Below are positions 58,245 through 64,000 of a DNA stretch of 64,000 nt, piece by piece. Origin of the DNA: an uncultured Gammaproteobacteria bacterium (GTDB lineage Bacteria > Pseudomonadota > Gammaproteobacteria > SZUA-152); the NCBI GenBank assembly GCA_913009875.1, contig CAJVYS010000001.1, positions 20,578 through 84,577 on the forward strand, given 5' to 3'. Within the stretch, counting starts at the first letter, position 1; every line of letters starts with the position of its first letter. The notes under the pieces are model-generated. The model made no database searches and had not been told where the DNA came from. It saw only the letters and a list, made by a program, of their open reading frames with translations. The translations under genes and the position numbers were made by a program.

Positions 58245-59810
58245 TCAACCCTCTTGGGCCGGATGAATGCCTAAGCGTTTTAACAGCCGATAAAAATTAC
58301 TCCTGTCCAAGCCAAGGTTCTTCGCTGTAGCCGCAAGGTTGTTGTTATGCGTAGCCAACTGCTGCGTAATGAGATCACGCTGAAAGTGTTCGACGGCTTC
58401 TTTCAAATCCACTTTGGCTTGCAGAGGTGCGGGGCTGTCTTCCGGTAATTCATTGTCTTGCGGCAGATCTACCTTGGAAATATCCAGGTTCGCCAAGGAA
58501 ATAGTAACGAACCGTGACTGACGGCCCTGGGCAGTCACCGCTTTGAGTGCGGCACGGCTTATCAGATGTTCCAGTTCACGTATATTGCCGGGCCAGTCAT
58601 ATTTCAATAATGCTCGCTTGGCATCACTGCCAAGCCGCAACCCAGCGACGCCCAAACGGTATTGATTTTTCTCCAGAAAAAAACCCGCGAGTAACAGTAT
58701 GTCATTGCCCCGTTCACGCAGCGGCGGCACATGTACCGGGTAAACCGTGAGACGATGATAAAGGTCGGCTCGAAAACGCCCCTCAGAGACTTCCCGCCTC
58801 AGGTCACGGTTAGTGGCAGCGACAATGCGCACATCGACTTTGATATGGCGATCACTACCCACCCGCTGGATTTCCCCATTTTGCAGTACACGTAACATTT
58901 TGGCCTGAATCGATAAGGGCAGCTCACCGATTTCATCAAGAAATAAAGTGCCACCGTTGGCCAGTTCAAATTTACCCATGCGGTCGGCAAGCGCACCGGA
59001 GAATGCTCCCTTGACATGACCAAACAATTCGCTCTCAGCGATATTTTCCGGCAGTGCAGCACAGTTAATATAGACCATGGCCTGTTCCGCACGGGCCGAC
59101 AATACGTGTACTTGATGCGCCACCAATTCTTTACCGACACCCGTTTCACCGAGTATCAGTACCGCAAGATCAGACTGGGCAATTACATCAATCTCCCGTT
59201 TAAGTTCAAGCATCTGTGAGCTTATACCCACCATATCTATCTGGCCACCCTCCTCAAGCAGGGTACGGGTTACCTGATTCACCTGCTTTACCCGTGTTTC
59301 CAGGGCGGATATCAGATCAGCTGCTTTTACCGCGGCTTCGCTCAGGCTGATAAAGGTGCGCAGTTCGATGGCACTGATGTCATCAAAGGTGCCCGGACGC
59401 AAGGCATCCATTGTCAATACACCCCAAGGCAAATCGTCGATGTAAAGTGATGCCCCCATGCAGTCATGCACGTCTAGCGGGGTATCGTCCGGTTCCACCA
59501 GGCCATCATAGGGGTCGGGCAAATCTGAGTCCGCAGCAAAACGCACCGGCGTATGCGAATGCAGAATTTTCTCCAGGCGCGGTTGTTCATCCACTCTAAA
59601 GCGGCGCCCCAGAGTGTCATTTGAGAGTCCATCTACCGCCAGGGGGATTAGGCTGTTTCCCTCAAGCTTGAGCAGCGAGATCGCATCCACAGGGAAGATT
59701 TTCCTAAACGCGCTCAATAAACGCTGATATCTCTGCTCTGTGGTTAGCTTGCTGGAAAGGTCTGCAACCACGGAAATCAATGCACTACAAAATTGGGGAT
59801 TGGCTGTCAT
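58245..59810 (-). CDS. norR: NO-sensing sigma54 activator NorR
   Basis: GAF with [22 protein letters not shown] (non-heme Fe ligand positions), [25 protein letters not shown]; likely start MTANPQ at 59810. Confidence 0.9.
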   Translation of the reverse strand: MTANPQFCSALISVVADLSSKLTTEQRYQRLLSAFRKIFPVDAISLLKLEGNSLIPLAVDGLSNDTLGRRFRVDEQPRLEKILHSHTPVRFAADSDLPDPYDGLVEPDDTPLDVHDCMGASLYIDDLPWGVLTMDALRPGTFDDISAIELRTFISLSEAAVKAADLISALETRVKQVNQVTRTLLEEGGQIDMVGISSQMLELKREIDVIAQSDLAVLILGETGVGKELVAHQVHVLSARAEQAMVYINCAALPENIAESELFGHVKGAFSGALADRMGKFELANGGTLFLDEIGELPLSIQAKMLRVLQNGEIQRVGSDRHIKVDVRIVAATNRDLRREVSEGRFRADLYHRLTVYPVHVPPLRERGNDILLLAGFFLEKNQYRLGVAGLRLGSDAKRALLKYDWPGNIRELEHLISRAALKAVTAQGRQSRFVTISLANLDISKVDLPQDNELPEDSPAPLQAKVDLKEAVEHFQRDLITQQLATHNNNLAATAKNLGLDRSNFYRLLKRLGIHPAQEG

Positions 59811-59862
59811 TCTAACCTCATAGCTGTCATTTGCACAACATTCACATTGTTGTGATATCAAC
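59806..59862. promoter_or_regulatory. Three NorR-type boxes GT-N7-AC
   Basis: GTCATTCTAAC 59806, GTCATTTGCAC 59826, GTGATATCAAC 59852; first overlaps the norR start codon. Confidence 0.7.
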
Positions 59863-59903
59863 AACAGTAGTGCATAACCCCTTTATAAACAACTAATTAA
59901 TTT

Positions 59904-59921
59904 CTGGCACGAAAAATGATA
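59904..59921 (+). promoter_or_regulatory. Putative sigma54 promoter for nirK operon
   Basis: CTGGCACGAAAAATGATA: perfect -24 element, -12 is GA not GC. Confidence 0.5.
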
Positions 59922-59990
59922 CAGGCAAATAGGGTGAAGTGCGACAGGCGCAAATCACTTATAAACACTATCAATCATAGGAGCAGTTAA

Positions 59991-60932
59991 ATGAGAACGA
60001 ATACGATTGCCTTAATCATGGCCGCGACCACCCTGCTGCCATCGGCGGTGGTAATCGCCAGGACCGTCCAGGTTGAAATTCCTGTTATCGAGAAAAATCT
60101 GGAGGTTGATAATGCAGGCAAGCAGCAGAAGATGTGGACCTTTGGGGGAAAAATCCCCGGCCCACTGGTGCGGGTCACTCAGGGGGATGTGGTTAATTTC
60201 ACCCTGGTCAATCAAAAGGGTAATAAGCAGAGTCATTCCATGGATTTCCATGCCGCCCGGGTGGATGTGCTGGATGAATTCGCCGCCGTCAAGCCCGGCA
60301 AGTCAAAAAACTTTCAGTTCAGTGCGGACTACCCCGGTGTGTTTATTTATCACTGCGGGGCCGAGGCGATGTCAGAGCATATCGCCCGTGGCATGTACGG
60401 GGTCATCATCGTTGATCCCAAAGAGGGCTACAGCGATGACTATCCAAAGCCCGATCGTGAATATGTGATTGTGCAGGGTGACCTGTTTAAAGATGGCACC
60501 AAGCCCAATGACATCACGAAAAATATTGGCAAGGTTGCCAATCTTATCAACGGCAAGGTTTTTCACTATGACCCCGTGCACGATTCCAATGCCAGTCTGG
60601 CACTGGAGTCCAAGCCTGGGGAGCGAGTGAGAATTTTCTTTGTCAATGCACAGATCAATGACAGTGTGGCTTTCCATCCTATCGCAGGCATTTGGGATCG
60701 GGTCTGGGATAACGGCAATCCCAAGAATGTCTCTTATGGCATTCAAACATACGACGTTCCGCCTGCCCATGGTGTGACATTTGATTTGATCAGCCCTGCC
60801 GATCGTCCAACCAATAATGCCCTGGTTGACCATCAGATGAAGAATGCTCTGACTGGTGCGATCACCGTATTAATGAACCATGACGAAGCAGACCCGGAAC
60901 TGGGTCGTAACGGTAATTTAATTCCCCGTTAA
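59991..60932 (+). CDS. nirK: Copper-containing nitrite reductase (short form)
   Basis: HSMDFH, YHC........H...GM, AFHPI, LVDH: all T1/T2 Cu ligands plus catalytic Asp/His positions; Sec signal. Confidence 0.85.
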   Translation: MRTNTIALIMAATTLLPSAVVIARTVQVEIPVIEKNLEVDNAGKQQKMWTFGGKIPGPLVRVTQGDVVNFTLVNQKGNKQSHSMDFHAARVDVLDEFAAVKPGKSKNFQFSADYPGVFIYHCGAEAMSEHIARGMYGVIIVDPKEGYSDDYPKPDREYVIVQGDLFKDGTKPNDITKNIGKVANLINGKVFHYDPVHDSNASLALESKPGERVRIFFVNAQINDSVAFHPIAGIWDRVWDNGNPKNVSYGIQTYDVPPAHGVTFDLISPADRPTNNALVDHQMKNALTGAITVLMNHDEADPELGRNGNLIPR

Positions 60933-60975
60933 TTAGCCAATGCCACGGATGGCTAACCTTATTGAGGACAGGTCA

Positions 60976-61680
60976 ATGATTATTTTCAACAAGTCAATCT
61001 CACTTAGCCTGTTAGCTGGCACTTTGATGTTTGGGCTGGCTCCGGCTTATGTGGCCGCGGCAGAGGCGCAATTTGTTTTAAACAATTGCGCATCCTGTCA
61101 TGTATTAACACAAACTGAAAAGGATACTCTTCAAAGTTATATGTCCAGAAAAGGCCCCGACTTATATTACGCTGGTAATAAATATCGTGAAGCCTGGATG
61201 GTTAAGTGGTTACAGAATCCTCAGAGAATTCGCCCCGGCGGAATGTTTTTTGGTAACCACACCGAGGTAACGGATGAAGGTGATGTCATCAAAGAAGGCA
61301 GCCTTCCTGATCCTGTCCACGTGAAGCTCTCTAAAGAAGATGCACAGGACAGCGCTGCTTACCTGATGACGTTGACAGCAAAGAGTGACTTGCTGGCAGA
61401 GGAAAATTACACACCGAAAAAAATATCCAAACGAATGGGCGCTATGAACTTTAGCAAGTTCAAGGGCTGCTCCTCATGCCATCGTGATCGGCCGGATTAT
61501 GGTGGTGTGTCCGGCCCTGAGCTTTACACGGCTGCCGAACGCTTGCAGGAAAACTTTATGACCTCTTATATCCGCAACCCACAAGTGTGGGAAAGCAAAA
61601 GTCTGATGCCCAACCGGCATTTACCGGACAAGGAGGTTTCCAAACTGGTGGATTATTTAAAACTGCTGGAGGAGAAGTAA
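60976..61680 (+). CDS. Di-heme cytochrome c (NcgB-like)
   Basis: Signal peptide, CASCH and CSSCH; likely start at 60976 with GAGGA RBS. Confidence 0.85.
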   Translation: MIIFNKSISLSLLAGTLMFGLAPAYVAAAEAQFVLNNCASCHVLTQTEKDTLQSYMSRKGPDLYYAGNKYREAWMVKWLQNPQRIRPGGMFFGNHTEVTDEGDVIKEGSLPDPVHVKLSKEDAQDSAAYLMTLTAKSDLLAEENYTPKKISKRMGAMNFSKFKGCSSCHRDRPDYGGVSGPELYTAAERLQENFMTSYIRNPQVWESKSLMPNRHLPDKEVSKLVDYLKLLEEK

Positions 61681-61682
61681 CC

Positions 61683-62045
61683 ATGAAAACTTCAATACTT
61701 GCGCTTACCTTGCTGGCAGCAACCACTGGCAGCCCCGCACTGCTGGCCGCTGATGCAGAAAATGGTCGAACCCTGTACCGAGGTTATTGTGCGCAATGTC
61801 ATGGCCTGGAAGGCGATGGTTTTGGTGTGAATGCCCCGGATATGGAAGTCGCACCCAAGGATCATACGGAGACTGCGGAGATGCAGGCACGTAGCGATGC
61901 CGATCTCTTTAAGGCCATAAAACAGGGCGGCAAGGCCGTGGATAAATCTGTGCTGATGCCCAACTGGGACGCCAACATGAGTGACGATGAGATTCGTGAC
62001 CTGGTGGCCTACCTGCGTGTTCTTTCCAATACAGGAGCTAAATGA
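61683..62045 (+). CDS. Mono-heme cytochrome c (NcgC-like)
   Basis: Signal peptide, CAQCH, LMPNW distal Met; likely start MKTSIL. Confidence 0.88.
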   Translation: MKTSILALTLLAATTGSPALLAADAENGRTLYRGYCAQCHGLEGDGFGVNAPDMEVAPKDHTETAEMQARSDADLFKAIKQGGKAVDKSVLMPNWDANMSDDEIRDLVAYLRVLSNTGAK

Positions 62046-63124
62046 TGAATATACGATACACAAAGGCTCTCAGCTATCTGGGTCTGTTGTTTTGTTTTGG
62101 GGCGGTGAGCATGGGTTCAGCCCAGGCGGAACTGCGTAAATTTGATCTCACCATTGAAGAGGTGGAATTGGAAATTGCACCGGGCTTTAAATCAAAGGTA
62201 TGGGCCTATAATGGCCAGGTTCCTGGCCCGTTACTGCGTGTGAAAGAAGATGATGACGTGGAAATCACCCTGATAAACAATACCACGCTCAACCATACCG
62301 TGCACTGGCATGGTATCCATCAAAAAGGCACCTGGCGAAGTGATGGTGTGCCAGGCGTAACGCAGCTATCTGTTGAGCCGGGTGAAAATTACGTCTACCG
62401 CTTCAAGGCCGACCGCGTGGGCAGCCTGTGGTACCACTGTCATGTTAATGTACCTGAGCATGTAGGGCTGCGTGGCATGTGGGGCCCCATTATTGTCGAT
62501 CCTAAAGATCCGCTACCTATTGAAGAAGAGGTGACCAAAGAGGCCATATTAATGTTCTCCGGGTGGAATTCCGAGGTCGCCATGACTTATGGCAAGGGCG
62601 GTGAGCCAGGGGAAGTTCTGGATTACTTCTCTATCAACGGGAAGTCCTTTCCTCTCACGCAACCGCTACGTGTTAAAGAGGGTGATGTGGTTCGTTTAAG
62701 ACTCTATGGAGCAACCCTCCCGGTGGCATTTCATACCCATGGTCACGATATGTTTGTCACCCATCAGGATGGCCTACCACTGGCTTCGCCCTATTGGGCC
62801 GATGTGGTCGATATCCCCAGCGGTGGGCGTCTGGACGTGATCGTTCGTATGGACAACCCGGGGATCTGGATCAACCATGACCATATCGAACAGCATATCA
62901 GCAACAAGGGTAAGGCTCCGGGTGGCGCGGCACTGATCATTGAATATGAAGGTGTGGAAAAAGATGACTGGTACGTATGGAAAAATAAGGAATTCCAGAG
63001 CGATTTCTACATGAGCGACACGATGGGAAAAGGTTATGGCCTGTTTGACAATGAACTCTTCAAAGGAGATGAAATCAAGGTACAGAGAAGAAAGAAAAAG
63101 AAAGCAAAATCATCTCACGAATGA
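62042..63124 (+). CDS. Two-domain multicopper oxidase (NcgA-like, type C)
   Basis: HTVHWHG, WYHCH....H....GM in domain 1; FHTHGH and HDHIEQH (no Cys) in domain 2. Confidence 0.85.
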   Translation: MMNIRYTKALSYLGLLFCFGAVSMGSAQAELRKFDLTIEEVELEIAPGFKSKVWAYNGQVPGPLLRVKEDDDVEITLINNTTLNHTVHWHGIHQKGTWRSDGVPGVTQLSVEPGENYVYRFKADRVGSLWYHCHVNVPEHVGLRGMWGPIIVDPKDPLPIEEEVTKEAILMFSGWNSEVAMTYGKGGEPGEVLDYFSINGKSFPLTQPLRVKEGDVVRLRLYGATLPVAFHTHGHDMFVTHQDGLPLASPYWADVVDIPSGGRLDVIVRMDNPGIWINHDHIEQHISNKGKAPGGAALIIEYEGVEKDDWYVWKNKEFQSDFYMSDTMGKGYGLFDNELFKGDEIKVQRRKKKKAKSSHE

Positions 63125-63139
63125 GATGCAGCTTGACAG

Positions 63140-63172
63140 CAAGCAGCCCGTCACTCGGGCTGCTTGTTTTTT
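63140..63172 (+). terminator. Rho-independent terminator
   Basis: CAAGCAGCCCG/CGGGCTGCTTG stem then T6. Confidence 0.85.
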
Positions 63173-63267
63173 GTCGATATATTTCATAAGCAATGATAAA
63201 TCAACATATGCTTTTCTCCGCTTATTACACACTATGTGCAGCCTTATATTACTAACGGAAAGAGAAA

Positions 63268-64000
63268 ATGAGAAAAATAATACGAGCGTTACCGGCACTT
63301 TACATGATGTTTGTTTCATCGCATGCATTGGCGCTGGGTGACTCACACCACAAGCATCATAATCATACGAACCAGTTATACAGTCCAATTGGTGTGATGG
63401 ATGATCATTCTCACAAACAAGGTGGATGGATGCTCTCCTATGCTTACAGAACCATGTATATGGAAGGTAATCGTGACGGTGTCAATGATGTCGGCGTTAC
63501 ACAGGTACTGAATGACTTTATGGTATCGCCGACAGAAATGAGCATGCAGATGCACATGTTTGGCGTAATGTACGGAGTGACTGATAGAGTCATGATCATG
63601 GGAATGATGCCATATAAGATGATATCTATGGATCACATCAACCGCATGGGGTCACGGTTTACCACTGAGTCAGAAGGCATTGGTGATGTGAAATTATCTG
63701 GAATCTATACACTGCATGAACAGGGCAGTCAGAAGACTTTACTAAATATCGGCATCGCTCTTCCTTCCGGATCAATTGACGAAAGAGGTGATACGCCCAA
63801 TGGAGAAAAACAAAAACTTCCTTATCCGATGCAGCTGGGATCGGGCACATATGATTTGTTGCCGGGTATTGCCTATGCTGATCAGCGAGGCAGCTGGGCA
63901 TGGGGAAGTCAGCTAAAGGCTACCATTCGCCTGGGCAATAACAACAATGGCTATCGGCTAGGAAATGAATACAACCTAACCCTGTGGGGTGCGCGTAAAA
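63268..64000 (+). CDS. His/Met-rich putative outer-membrane beta-barrel transporter (5' part; runs off window edge)
   Basis: Manual translation: MRKIIRALPALYMMFVSSHALA-LGDSHHKHHNH...SPIGVMDDHSH.QGGWMLSY...MSMQMHM...GIGDV...LPYPMQLGSGTYD; open to the window end. Confidence 0.75.
   Translation, partial: MRKIIRALPALYMMFVSSHALALGDSHHKHHNHTNQLYSPIGVMDDHSHKQGGWMLSYAYRTMYMEGNRDGVNDVGVTQVLNDFMVSPTEMSMQMHMFGVMYGVTDRVMIMGMMPYKMISMDHINRMGSRFTTESEGIGDVKLSGIYTLHEQGSQKTLLNIGIALPSGSIDERGDTPNGEKQKLPYPMQLGSGTYDLLPGIAYADQRGSWAWGSQLKATIRLGNNNNGYRLGNEYNLTLWGARK

Noticed and set aside
1-64000. tRNA, rRNA, integrase or prophage genes
   Set aside because: None recognised by eye; tRNAscan-SE and Infernal were not run

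Overview
GC-rich chromosomal window, probably from a gammaproteobacterium (inferred from gene order, RAYT/REP elements and NorR). It has three parts. (1) 1-7 kb and 13-15.5 kb: conserved housekeeping block (hisC partial, pheA, serA, serC, gyrA, mtnA, mtaD-like). (2) About 7-30 kb: accessory-rich zone with at least six REP/REPIN families, a RAYT transposase, an AT-rich 3.3 kb cargo bracketed by two long direct-repeat REPINs, four complete toxin-antitoxin pairs plus an orphan antitoxin, a probable group II intron RT remnant, a P3A H+-ATPase/Hsp20 module and several truncated genes. (3) 30-64 kb: large respiratory island. It contains an AioA-like molybdoenzyme, a Rieske subunit and two di-heme peroxidases (idrABP1P2 iodate reductase architecture). 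Upstream is an operon for an orphan CydA-like protein (no CydB) with two tri-heme cytochromes and tiny membrane proteins. Divergent from that is an operon for a HEAT protein, a type-1 Cu protein, a USP and a radical SAM/SPASM protein that together carry nine PCP_red-like modules, and HemY. A sigma54 two-component system, moaA and a NorR-controlled nirK/cytochrome c/two-domain multicopper oxidase cluster follow. Three sigma54-like promoters and three NorR boxes are visible. All family assignments are by motif recognition; no database search was run.
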